Assembly (NCBI RefSeq): GCF_004010195.1
Contig: NC_057720.1
Location: 35,913,345 to 35,937,524, forward strand
Reading direction: 5' to 3'
DNA: 24,180 nucleotides
Origin: Chiloscyllium plagiosum
Taxonomy: Eukaryota
The notes below the pieces were generated by a model. That model worked only from the letters and a program-made list of their open reading frames with translations. It had not been told where the DNA came from and searched no databases. Positions 10,026 through 21,024 of the stretch are shown piece after piece. The position numbers were made by a program, and so were the translations under genes. Numbering within the stretch: the stretch's first letter is position 1; the number at the start of each line of letters is the position of its first letter.

Positions 10026-11832
10026 ATTCATGTGATGAAACCTCCAGGAATAGATTTAATTGCAGGTGGCAACCGATGTGTTTGGAGTCAATAATGCCCT
10101 ACAGCGTGAAGGAGGCTGTTAGCAACACAAAGTCACGTGCATGTTCTCTGTTCTCCAGTCTGAGCCAACACGATGTATTCCTTCTCATTGCATAAATTGC
10201 ATCAATCACTTCCCTTATCCAGCACTGGGGTGACAAACGTGGAGATGATAAAAATGTCACCTGCTCTAATCTGCATAAAGAAGTTCATAGCCACAAGTAG
10301 TGGCAGTGGCCCCCTTTCGCTCACGCTGACGCTGCAGGTCTGTCTGCAAGAGGTGACAAATTTCAAAGAGCGCTGTCTTTATAAAATAGAGGCATATTGT
10401 ACACTTTCTCTGGTCTCAAATTGATTTAGAGAAATTCAGTGAGAAACTTTGTGGTATAAAACCTGCCTTTGACAAAGTATATTGTATTGGGAATGGGAAA
10501 ACTTGTTTCAATAGATTTTAAGGTGACTACTCCAAATTTATATTTAAGTTACAAAACTAAGATTGGTGCCTGGATATTAGTGTTTTTGATGAAGAAGCCA
10601 CTATAAGTATCTCAACATGCGATACAGCAATCGATCCTGATCTTTAAAAGATCTTTTCTATGTAGTAATAATTGAGTGCTAAAACTACCATTGCAAATGT
10701 TTATTTGGAAATGAATTATATTTCCCAGGAAAGTAGATTTAATTGTATTCTTCAGCATTATAAATCCTGTTATTTTTCTCTCTAAAATGATTATCATACC
10801 TTCATGACATTCCTAATTGGCTTCAAAATGATGGATTTCAGCACTGTTCTTGAGGGAAAATTCTGGCAGAATTTAACTGCATTTACACTTCACATTGAGG
10901 AACCTCCACGCTTTGATAGAAGTCCACTTTACTGCCTGACTGACCTTCCACCCCATTCTGAAGAGCGTTCGCAACAGTGGATATATCTTCGCATCCATCA
11001 ATCAAATTACAGTATCATTGTTAGGTTGAGACAAAGTAATCTCTGTGTCTCATTTTTCTAGTTATATTCTTTTCAATTATTCTCTCTTGCCTGATGATAT
11101 TTTTAATGCCTACTGCCTCAAGTCTGTCTAAGCATAATTTTAAAAAAAGCTCCCTAAATATGGTCAAATTTACAATTTTGAATTACCCTGAAATGAAACA
11201 TTTCTGTTCTATTGTGATTCATAGAGCTGATTAATATTAAATGTAAAGAGAGAGAATGCATATTTTTCCTAAAACAAATGTTAATTTCTGATAAAATAAA
11301 CTTGTTTATTTTTCTTGTCTAATTAAAATTACCTTAGAAATGTATGTTGTATTAACCATAGTAGTTTTTTTTTTGAGCAATTTTGTTACGTGGCCCCAGT
11401 GGAAAGAAAGAACTTGAATGCTGTCTTAACTGGTGTAACCATTCAGTACATACTTCACAAATAGTATGTTATTTCACCTGTGTTGAGATGTCACAGTGCT
11501 GTTAACTATGTGAGCATACAGTGAAAACCACAGTCAGCTCCTGGCATGTCAGCACTCTGTAAAGCAATACATATTAACTTATCATTCTTGAATTGGCTTA
11601 GGAGACTAAACTTGATCACAAGTGTCAAATGAACTAAGATGATAAATTGGATACATGTAGATGAAGCTTCTATTTGTGCTATTTATTGTACCCTGGCATG
11701 AATTTTGTTGTTTTTGTGGTCATCAAGTTGCAATATTTATGCATATTGTGGGATTATAAATTGTTTTTTCTCAGTTTTTGAAGTGCAGATGACGTTAAGG
11801 CAAATATATCATCCAGTTATATGAGGGCTCTT

Positions 11833-11930
11833 TTGTCAAGTGGTGTGCCTATCTCTGAGCCAGAAGGAGTACCTCCTACTCCAGAGGTGTGTAATAACAT
11901 CTCTGAAAAGCTTATTAGAAATATTTTATC
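11833..11930 (+). mobile_element. Decayed tRNA-derived SINE, same family as 7374-7487
   Basis: agtggtgtgcctatctctgagccagaagg...ctccagaggtgtgtaataacatctctgaa aligns with 7385-7468. Box B is deleted. Confidence 0.6.
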
Positions 11931-13843
11931 ATCCAATTATATACAGCAAGGTGGCACAAGCAAGAACTATGATGATCTAAGTCAGTGTTTTTTTTTGGTT
12001 TTTGGGTGTGTTAGTTAAGCAATGTATATACCTTTTCCTTAAAATCCAAAACATTGCCGCCATGCTGAATTTCCATGTTGTAGCGTAGCCAGCTTCATGA
12101 GTACCTTAAGAAATATCCCAAATTAGTAATCTTTTAGGACTGGTTTTCTGCTACAGGTCTATGCCCACCAAATATAAGGTTGATACTGCACCCACCAAGA
12201 CGTATTTTAAGATTGTTAACCAGGAGCAGAGAGAGGAAACTGGTATCCATAACACTTGCCTGAACTTTAACTGTACACTTGCTTGTACAGTTGGAAGGAT
12301 TGTATTCCAATCGCCTCTCAATGTTTCTAAATTATTTTAATGAACCTTAAGGCAAAATAAAATGAATGTTGAAAACTAGACGGTGACTATTCTTGCAGCA
12401 GTGTAACAATATCAGTTAAGTTTGAATAACTAGTGCATAATGTTCCTACAGATCACAATAGTGATCAGCAAACTCAAAATGTTTCTTGAAATTATATTTC
12501 TTGATTAAGCGGTTATTACCTGTCGAGCAAGTGGATAATTGGATTAAATTGTCCTCTTGACCAGCTTACTGTCTGATTCAAGGAGACATATTGTTGACTT
12601 TTTTTGTTAACCAAAGAAGAGTGAATTGTTCACCTGGGATTTCTGCTTTATTTTGTTTTTCCTGTTTCAAAATTTTTTTCAAGTAACTAAAACTCTGCTA
12701 ACAATAGCATATTATAGCTTCTATCTAAGATTCTGATGGTTAGAATAGATTAAAATCTAACTATGAAAGGCTTATGAAAACGTTTAAAACCTATATTCTT
12801 ACTTTGCCTTCGTTCTCTCACTACAGGCCAGTTCCCTTGATGAGCTCACCCAGCTTCTGAGGATTGAGTTTCTTCCAATTGTTAATTTTGCAATTCAAAG
12901 ACACACATGAATTGATAAGAACAATTAAGATATAGATCTAATTGGTGTAATGGTTGAAAACTAGCGAGAAACATATTGTTAGACATTGCTATTATGTCAT
13001 ATTTTTGTGACAGGAATTGTTTTTCTCTTCACTGTTCAGATGGTATATTTTTGTGGTTATTTGGAAACTCCTGAATGTTGGGTCCACTGATGTACTTCCT
13101 TAACTGATGCAATTGAAGGCTAGAGAATGGAACCAAGTAAAGGAAATGTGGTGATTCATGTCAAATTAGATACCAAAATAAAAATGATGGCGGAGACAAA
13201 AAAAAAATTGAGTTAAGGAAGATAAAATTTACCTGCAGGACTGAGGGATCATAGTTCTTTTCCAGGCTTGCAGGATTGAGTAGAATGTCAGAATCTTAAA
13301 TCGAGTTATCATTTGAATCCTTCCAATAAGAAATACCAGCTGAAATGAGACTCTTTCACATTTAATTCACAACTCCAGCAATTTCTTGACACTTGTTGGC
13401 AAGTTGATACACATTTTTGTTTTGTGATGTGATTGTTGAGCAGCGCAGTTGTCCATAAATGTATGATAATTCACAACTAATGTGGTACCTCTTCCTTGCT
13501 ACAAATTGCTTTTTTTAAAATGGTGGGCAATGAGAATGCTACATTATTGCCCCAACAATTTTTGAACGAATATTTCATACCTACCACTCTGAGCTCAGAT
13601 ATTCGTTTGTTTCTTTTGACTTAATAAGATTAGCAATGGGTCTGCAAACTTACTTTAAGCCTGAATATTTTGGTTTTATTGACAAACCTTCTGGGTGATA
13701 ATTCAAACAAGATAGAAAAAGTATTTTGTTTGAGAGGGTGAAGAAAGAAAAGAGCAAAGGGACTCATTGTCAAATAGGTAAATCTGGGAAAAAAAACCTA
13801 GCCTAGTGAAATATATTTGCGTTTGGAACAATGTGGTGTCATA

Positions 13844-13891
13844 AATTTTTCTTGCCCTCTGTGGTCAATTTTTCTTGCCCTCTGTGGTCAA
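13844..13891. repeat. Perfect tandem duplication of a 23-bp unit
   Basis: aatttttcttgccctctgtggtc occurs at 13844-13866 and again at 13867-13889. Confidence 0.95.
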
Positions 13892-14068
13892 GTATTTATA
13901 TTAAATTTGTCACTTTGTATGTTCACTTGCTTTGTAACAGTTTAATGTTTCATATCTAGCTTTTGTCTCTCAAATATTTTCCATTCATACCTAGTAGATA
14001 TATGTAAGATTGAAAATTAGTTTAGATCACAAGGGGTTCCCATTGTTGCAACCTCAAATTATGATACA

Positions 14069-14690
14069 TAGAGGAACCTCAATGATCTGAACGAGATGGG
14101 CAGGCACTATTTCGTTCAAGTAATTGATTACTCAATTAATTGATTTCCCTCTGGAATTCGGAGTTTTCTGTGAAGTCTGCTGCCCGTTCAAGAGACGAGG
14201 CAGCAGCAGCACATCACGTGTGAGGACACCCCCACTTCCTGAACCCATCTCTCCCCAACCCTGTCCGCTCCCAGCACTGCACACGCCCACGCCCCCCCCC
14301 CCCCCCAACCCAACAGGGCAGTCAGGCTGGACATCAACAGTAAGACGCACACGCGCACACACACAAACGCGCACACACACGACTGCAATGTTTTGACAGG
14401 TTCCACCTCTGCCCTGTACAGGACAATGTTGGAGAGATTATCTGGGGAAAGGGAGTGCAGGGTTCACCCCTATGTAGAACCCCCAGGGAAAGTGTGGGTC
14501 TGTGGGGGGAGAGAGAGAGAGAGAGCGAACGGAGCCGAGTACGTTTTTTTTAATCATTTTATCCAAAAATAAAAGACACAATCTGGGTCGAAATAGCTCT
14601 TTGACGTTATGTTTCAATCGGCATCTTGAGATCCCCTTCGAATAATCCGAGTTTCAGATAATTGATATTCGGATAATCCAGATTCCTCTG
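14069..14690. mobile_element. Non-autonomous Tc1/mariner (Tigger/pogo-like) DNA transposon, MITE
   Basis: Left end tagaggaacctcaatgatctgaa (14069-14091) matches the reverse complement of the right end, cagaggaatctggattatccgaa (14668-14690), at 17/23 positions. TA follows at 14691-14692. Subterminal gataat repeats are present and there is no transposase ORF. Confidence 0.75.
14292..14525. repeat. Low-complexity tracts inside the MITE: poly-C, (CA/CG)n and (GA)n
   Basis: C-run at about 14292-14306, CA/CG repeat at about 14346-14380 and GA repeat at about 14509-14525. Confidence 0.85.
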
Positions 14691-15006
14691 TATAAGTAGA
14701 TTTAACTGCCTTATGCATATTCCTCATTTATAAAGTGTTGAGATGATTTACAGATGTGGAGATTGCTAAGACAAAACTCTTAACTTTTAAGTACAATTGG
14801 ATATTCTGCTCTACATTTTCATATTATCTTTGATTTTGATATTCTTTATGATAAATTATTTGTGACAGAAGTCACCTTTATAAAGTTTTTATATTTTCTT
14901 TTGTCAAATCTATGACTCTTTGAAATATTACTAATGCTTAGAGATCTCACAATCATCTAACATGTAATTTTGTCTTAACCTACTTGTAACTTGATTTCTT
15001 ATTTAG

Positions 15007-15066
15007 CTCACAGGGATTGTTCAGTCAATGGTTGACGGAAAACCAACATTACAAGAAGCCCTTCAG
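15007..15066 (+). CDS. ERI3: ERI3 coding exon, 60 nt, phase 0-0
   Basis: Acceptor atttag| and donor CAG|gtaaat. Encodes LTGIVQSMVDGKPTLQEALQ (ERI3: LTGIIQAMVDGQPSLQQVLE). Too short to appear in the ORF track. Confidence 0.95.
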
Positions 15067-15515
15067 GTAAATAAGATCTTATTGAGGCATTAGACTTGGA
15101 TTTGAACTGTCTCTTTTGACCTCAATAATGTATCCATAATTTCAGAGTGAGCTTTTTAAAAAAAATATTAATGTATGGGCACTGTATTGGACCAATTATA
15201 TTTTCATGTGGCTTTGCTAATGCTGCTCATTTTCACATAATTGCACATTGACTTGAAATGCTCAGAAAAGGGAAAATCTGGTGCTAATTATGTTTGAGGT
15301 AGGTTAAAATGTCTAGACTAGTAGGTTTTGGTAAAATTGTAAGTCAAGTCAAACATTGATTTAACTTTATAGTTGCAAGTTTTCAGTTTGTCCCTTGTTT
15401 CTTAAATCATTTTTTTAATGGAATTGATGATAAACTGTGTTACTACAACATAAACCTGCTGACAACCAATAATTATCAAGCAGGTTATTTTTGACTGTTT
15501 CATAAGTTGTGCCTT

Positions 15516-16078
15516 AGAACATAGAATAGAACATAGAACAATACAGCACAGAACAGGCCCTTCGGCCCACGATGTTGTGCCGAACATTTGTCCTAGCTTA
15601 AGCACCCATCCATGTACCTATCCAATTGCCGCTTAAAGGTCACCAAAGATTCTGACTCTACCACTCCCACAGGCAGCACATTCCATGCCCCCACCACTCT
15701 CTGGGTAAAGAACCCACCCCTGACATCTCCCCTATACCTTCCACCCTTTACCTTAAATTTATGTCCCCTTGTAACACTCTGTTGTACCCGGGGAAAAAGT
15801 TTATCACTGTCTACTCTATCTATTCCTCTGATCATCTTATAAACCTCTATCAAGTCACCCCTCATCCTTCGCCGTTCCAACGAGAAAAGGCCTAGCACTC
15901 TCAACCTATCCTCGTACGACCTATTCTCCATTCCAGGCAACATCCTGGTAAATCTTCTCTGCACCCTCTCCAAAGCTTCCACATCTTTCCTGAAGTGAGG
16001 CGACCAGAACTGCACACAGTACTCCAAATGGGGCCTAACCAAAGTCCTGTACAGTTGTAACATCACTTCACGTCTCTT
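15516..16078 (-). mobile_element. Young 5'-truncated CR1 LINE (uninterrupted ORF2 C-terminus plus microsatellite tail)
   Basis: ORF 15593..16126(-) reads REVMLQLYRTLVRPHLEYCVQFWSPHFRKDVEALERVQRRFTRMLPGM...RGDLIEVYK...TRGH...FFTQRVVGAWN without stops. A (TTCTATG)n-like tail lies at 15516-15540. Confidence 0.95.
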
Positions 16079-16199
16079 AGTGGAAGTACTTGGAAACTGA
16101 TTCCCAAATATCATGCTGGATTCCATATTAGAGGATCAATACCATGACAAATTTCTATTAATTTTACCCCCACCTCAATATTATGAGCTGTTCTCTGCC

Positions 16200-16930
16200 T
16201 CTGGGATAGATGAGGCCCATTCTACAGCATTTATCTTTGCCTCCGAACTGCAAAAGATACAGACTTGAGTGTATCTGGCACATAGCTAATTTAACAATGC
16301 ATTGCCATACTTGGTTTGATCATATCAAACAGCAGTATGTTTGATCTCTTGTGAAACAAATGCACGCTGCTTCAACCTTGCAATGTAACAATAACTCTTT
16401 GCTTGTTTACCCTTACCAACTGTGTCTCGAAACATTTCTCCCTCACCTTTTCTATCTTTACTTGCAACAATATGTACAAGGAGTTTATGAATTTTATTAT
16501 GAGTGAAATTGAAGTCATCAGTTAAGCTGCCTCCATCGTACTTCCCTTTTGCCCTCTAAGTCAACATTCAGATCAAGGTTCCCCCCAGGCCCCAGACTAG
16601 AACCTATCTTTTTCTTTGGTTTCTATCTGACTCCCCTTGTGTCCTCTCTGAATTGATATTATCCATCAGAGCCATTTTCAGTTCCCTTGATCACATTTTA
16701 TGAAAATGCTGACATTCTAGTTAGTTGACTTTCAAAATGGTTCAATTTCCTCAATTACTCTACCACTTCTTTTCAAACTCATTATTGTCACCCTACCGAT
16801 AAACATATTATTTATCCCTGTGTTTGTTGTGAACTACTGCCCCAACTCTAATATCATTTTCCTCTCTGAAGTTCTTGTCCACCTTGTTGCCTCACAAATC
16901 TGTGCCTGACTTTTCCAGTTTGCAAATAGA
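16200..16930 (+). mobile_element. Ancient L2 LINE ORF2 fragment
   Basis: Pieces YKEFMNFIMSEIEVI, SLDHIL, PLLFKLIIVTL and VNYCPNSNIIFLSEVLVHLVASQICA*L resemble L2 ELMDFFVTKIETI, CSLDPIP, PLPFKSAVITP and ANYRPISNLPFLSKVLERVVASQIRAHL. Boundaries are approximate. Confidence 0.7.
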
Positions 16931-17339
16931 TTTCCACCCTTCCCTCAACCCTAATCAAAATCATAAATCGTCTGACTGTGAACATTGTGATGTGTGCCCT
17001 CATTATCTTTCTCAATCTCATAGTCTTCAGCAATCATGATCCTGCTCGCACCATTGTAACTTTTACAGAGAATGGTATGAATAGTAGAATTTATTGTGAA
17101 GTAAGCAAAAAGATAACATTGTTTTTTTTTTAGGAGAGGATGAATGTACATAATAGGAAGAATAAAAAGAAGCAAAACGTTTTGTGCTTTAGATTTTCTG
17201 TCATATGTTTAAGTTATTGATAGAAGCATAGATAACATTTTGGAACAGAATGCTGATAAAAGTTTAGTAACCACACTCTTGCATTGGAATTAAGCGTATC
17301 TTAGTTTTATTTATTCGTCATCATATTTGCTTTTTGCAG

Positions 17340-17431
17340 ATGGTTGATGACTGGATGAGAAAAGAAGGTTTGCTGGATCCTAAAGTCAACTCCATCTTTG
17401 TAACCTGTGGAGATTGGGATTTAAAAACAAT
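17340..17431 (+). CDS. ERI3: ERI3 coding exon, 92 nt, containing the ExoII motif
   Basis: Acceptor tttttgcag| and donor AT|gtaagg. Encodes MVDDWMRKEGLLDPKVNSIFVTCGDWDLKT(M), with the VTCGDWDL ExoII motif. Confidence 0.96.
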
Positions 17432-18092
17432 GTAAGGAATTAGAATTTATAAAACCGGATTACGAAGTACATGCTGTGTTTATATTTCACATTGAAAATG
17501 ACCAATGAATATTTTTGTTATCTGTAGCAAGTCATCACACCTGCTGGTCCTACCAAAATTTACTCTACTAATCCAAGTATTTAGCATCTTGTTTCTGACA
17601 ATAACCTGTATTTTTGTATTGCTTTCTGAAGATGAAAAGAAAAAAAAACTCTAAATGCTTTACATTTAGGAGGAATAGACCTAGATTTGGAATAGAAGGA
17701 AAATATTAAATCAGGCAGATAAAAGCATTATCAATGTGGCACCTTATCAAAGGAGTTTCTTAAAGAATGGTAAGAGGTGGGAAGGTGACATCAACTAGAC
17801 AATAGGGTGCAGAATGGGCTTACTGGGCTAGTACTGGTGACGAACAGAAGTAAGGGACAAAGAGTAACCTGGCTTTGAAGAGGCGAGAAGTTTTGAGCAC
17901 AAGAAAAGGTTGCTGAGATAGAATGGGGTAATTTGAACCAAAAAATTTGAAATTTGTTCATGTTGTACACTGAGCATGCTGAGACTGATAATGGGATATC
18001 TTATTCCATGCAAGTGTGAATACAAGCTTTGATATTTACTTCTTTTATAACATGAGGCTGGGAGTCCAATTAAAAGAGCCTTTGAAAATTTT

Positions 18093-18627
18093 AAAGTAGA
18101 CAGGCAGGAGGCTGGAAGAACACAGCAAGCCAGGCAGCATCAGGAGGTGGAGAAGTCGACGCTTTGGGTGTAACCCTTCTTCAGGGCTGGGGTTGGGTGT
18201 AGGGGAAGCTGCAGATACAGGAGGTGGTGGGGGCAGGGTGGTGAAATGGGGATAGTGAAGACCGGTAGAGAGTACGACTTGGTTGGTCAATGAGAGGAAT
18301 GAATTCGGTAGGTGGCTAGGAGGGGTGGAAGGGAGGGGGAGGAGCTAGGGAGGGAATTGGGAGTGGGAAGGAAAGTTATTTGAAATTGGAGAACTCCATA
18401 TTGAGTCCTCCGGGCTGTTGGCTGCCCAGGCGGAAGATGAGGTATTGTTCCTCCAATTTGTGGTTTGGTTCATTGTGGCAATGGAGGAGGCTAAGGATGG
18501 TCATGTCGGAAAGGGAGTGGGAAGGGAAATTAAAATGGGTGGTGACTGGGAGGTCTGATCAGCCCCTGCGGGCCTAGCTGAGAAACTCTGCAAACTGTTC
18601 CCTGAGTTTACGTTTGGTCTCCCCGAT
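18093..18627 (-). mobile_element. Penelope-like element 3' end, second family (GIY-YIG C-terminus plus pLTR)
   Basis: 18627->18376 translates without frameshift as IGETKRKLREQFAEFLS*ARRG*SDLPVTTHFNFPSHSLSDMTILSLLHCHNEPNHKLEEQYLIFRLGSQQPGGLNMEFSNFK*. The pLTR carries a hammerhead remnant. Confidence 0.9.
18154..18188 (-). ncRNA. Degenerate minimal hammerhead ribozyme motif
   Basis: Minus strand reads AGCC-CUGAAGA-A-GGGU UAC ACCC-AAAG-CGUC-GACU. Stem II is perfect, but the GAAA core is changed to AAAG. Confidence 0.6.
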
Positions 18628-18983
18628 TTAAGTCTTGAAATGAAATATTTCTGAGTTAAGGCTTCAACTATGAAGAGGTAGGTAGAGTGTGAAAAGGAAG
18701 AAAGTAGTCTTGCTCGTTGGGGGTTTATGAGATTGAATTGATATTTTTCACATTTAGATTGAGTTTGAATTGGCAGATAGGAAAGAGTCAATATCTCTAT
18801 CTTCTAACAGAAACAAAAGATGATTGTCTTTTTAAAAAAAATATTGGATTACAGCCCAAGTGCAACAGAACTGTAATCTCTACTGCTTGGAAGAACAAGG
18901 ACAGCAGTAAATAAGGATGCATGGGAACACCATTTGCAAATCTCTTGCAAGACTTACACTATCCTGTTTTGGATTTTATTTTG

Positions 18984-19250
18984 TTTATTCAATGATTGTA
19001 GGCACCATTTGTCACCTATCCTGAATTGCCCTTGAACTAGGCAGTTTCAGAGAGCAGATTGGAGTCAACGACATTGTTGTGGATATTGAATTACATGTAG
19101 GCCAGATCAATTAAGGATAGTAGATTTCCTTCCCTAAAGGACATTAGTAGACCAGATTGTTTTTTACGACAGCAGTGAAAGTTGTCATGGTCAGTATTAC
19201 TGAGACTTGATTGATATTCCAGATTTTGTTAATTGCATTTAAATTCCACC
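18984..19250 (-). mobile_element. Deu-domain SINE (SacSINE1-like)
   Basis: gagtcaacgacattgttgtgg...acatgtaggccagatc...agatttccttccctaaaggacattagtagaccaga...catggtca...ttccaga...aaattccacc matches the reverse strand of the shark Deu-domain SINE core as recalled. Confidence 0.75.
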
Positions 19251-19302
19251 AATTTGTACTCCATTCCCAATATCAGCCGAGCCATTGTGATCATTAATGT
19301 GG

Positions 19303-19391
19303 GAGGTGATGGATCTGGGTGGGATGCTGTTCGACAGGAGACTCAATAAGCCGAATGGCCTCTATGTGCACTGTAGGGATTCATGATTCTA
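19303..19391 (+). repeat. CR1/HE1-type 3' tail fragment
   Basis: gggtgggatgctgttcga...gccgaatggcct...gcactgtagggattcatgattct is the conserved CR1-type terminal motif. Confidence 0.65.
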
Positions 19392-20306
19392 ATGTCCTTT
19401 TTTGATCTGCGCCAGATACGTTTTGCTAGCATCAATGAGAAACATTAAGTTATGAAATGTACTTGCAGTTGTCATATTGTATTTGCTGCACATAAGCATT
19501 GAATTTATACAAGTAAACATGCTGCATAATAAATCATGTGAATACTGTGTCACAAATTACATGCATGCTTGCACAAGTGTGGAGAATCGGAGTTTCAGTG
19601 AATGTTGGCAGCCAGTGTATAACTTAATACATGTATTATATCCACCAGCTGATGTAGTCCCAGCTAGCCCCCCATAAAATCTAAAAATCGAAGGTTAGTT
19701 TTGACATCATGGTGCACATGTAAATCTAGGTTATGTGTCACATTCACCTGTTATACTGAAGCCTCCCTACTCATTGGCTTAATACAATGAATGTCAACAA
19801 ATGAAGAGGATTATTAATGGGGGACATGATGAATCTAGAAATTAATGTTCGGCAACATGCTGGGATTTTGTTGTTGAATTGTCAATACTCTGGATATAGA
19901 GTTTAGTGTAATAGTCAAGGCATTAGTGACTTTTGGGGCTTAATTTATTTGTTCAAATTAATATTAACGGCTGGTAACAATCTCATGGTTATTACTGTTA
20001 ACATCCTAATAGCAGTATTGTTTCAGCAGCTGCAATCTTTTAAAGGGACTTTCCTGAGCCAGTGGGACACTTGCTTGTTTCAGGCAGGGCATCTTTTGAT
20101 TTATGGAAATCAATTTTTGTGACATTAGTAGGGCACTAATTACAATTTCCACTGACATGGATGAACCCCATTAATTTGGTTGGTTGGATGCTGCACAACG
20201 AGTACAGAAATATTTTTGAGGTTTTTTAAATGAAGTCAGTGTAGCTCCTGCTCACTTTCCAGAAATTCTGAAGGACAATGCTGATTTGAGATAATAGATT
20301 AATAGA

Positions 20307-20457
20307 CATCTGCAGCATAGATAAAAGCCCTTTGGCCCATTGCATCCACGCCAATCAGAAACAATTGCCTAACTATTCAAATTTTATACCTTGGCATCGC
20401 AAGTGTGAATCTAAATACTTCTTAAATGTTTTGAGGGTTTCTGCCTCTACGACCACA
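20307..20457 (-). mobile_element. CR1 LINE 3' end fragment
   Basis: cagcatagataaaagccctttggccca...aaatacttcttaaatgttttgagggtttctgcctctacgacc is homologous to 15544-15665. Confidence 0.7.
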
Positions 20458-20567
20458 TCACTTACATCACCTCATCTCCTCTATCACCAGGACCTTTGAA
20501 ATGCTGTGCTGTCTGAGTTGCCTGATTAATGATGTGACCAAAGGCTGGCAAGTTGCAGTGGGATGCC

Positions 20568-20773
20568 CATATAGAAACAGGCCATTTGGTCCATAAAGCC
20601 CAGACCAACCCTCTGAAGAACATTATACCCAGACACCGTTTCCCCACCCCCCCCACCCAATCTTATCCCTGTAATCCTGCATTTCCCATGGATAATCCAC
20701 CTAGCCTGTACATTCCTAGACACTATGGGGAACTTTAGCATGGTCAATCCACTTAACCTGCACATTTCTGGAC
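20568..20773 (-). mobile_element. HE1-like shark SINE, 3' half
   Basis: CR1-type tail acaggccatttggtcca, plus two copies of the core: catggataatccacctagcctgtacat and catggtcaatccacttaacctgcacat. Confidence 0.75.
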
Positions 20774-21024
20774 AGGTGTCATGGGTCCGACATCTTGGGG
20801 GTGGTTTGGAAAAGAAATCTGATGTCCTCTAACTGATTTTGGCCTCCCCCAGTAAAACGTTTAATAAGCTGCCTGTAAGTTTAAAAACCTAATCTTACTC
20901 TGGAGGCTCATTTCCATGCACACAATGTCCTGTTATAAAAAGTAACTCGTTTTGTCTCTTAATTCATTCATACTTTTGCCTTTGGTTGGCATTTCTCTGT
21001 CAAAGTCATCAATTTTTTTCAGGA

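Noticed and set aside
14124..14406. Overlapping ORFs on both strands
   Set aside because: They are low-complexity translations of microsatellites inside the MITE.
15007..15013. Alternative acceptor CAG 7 nt into the 60-nt exon
   Set aside because: It would shift the frame and remove conserved residues, and there is no evidence it is used.
15593..16126. 177-aa ORF as a host gene
   Set aside because: It is the C-terminus of CR1 ORF2. The first ~16 aa come from flanking DNA.
17700..18800. Possible old minus-strand L2 remnant around the PLE at 18093
   Set aside because: The purine-rich composition is suggestive, but I could not recover a translatable motif.
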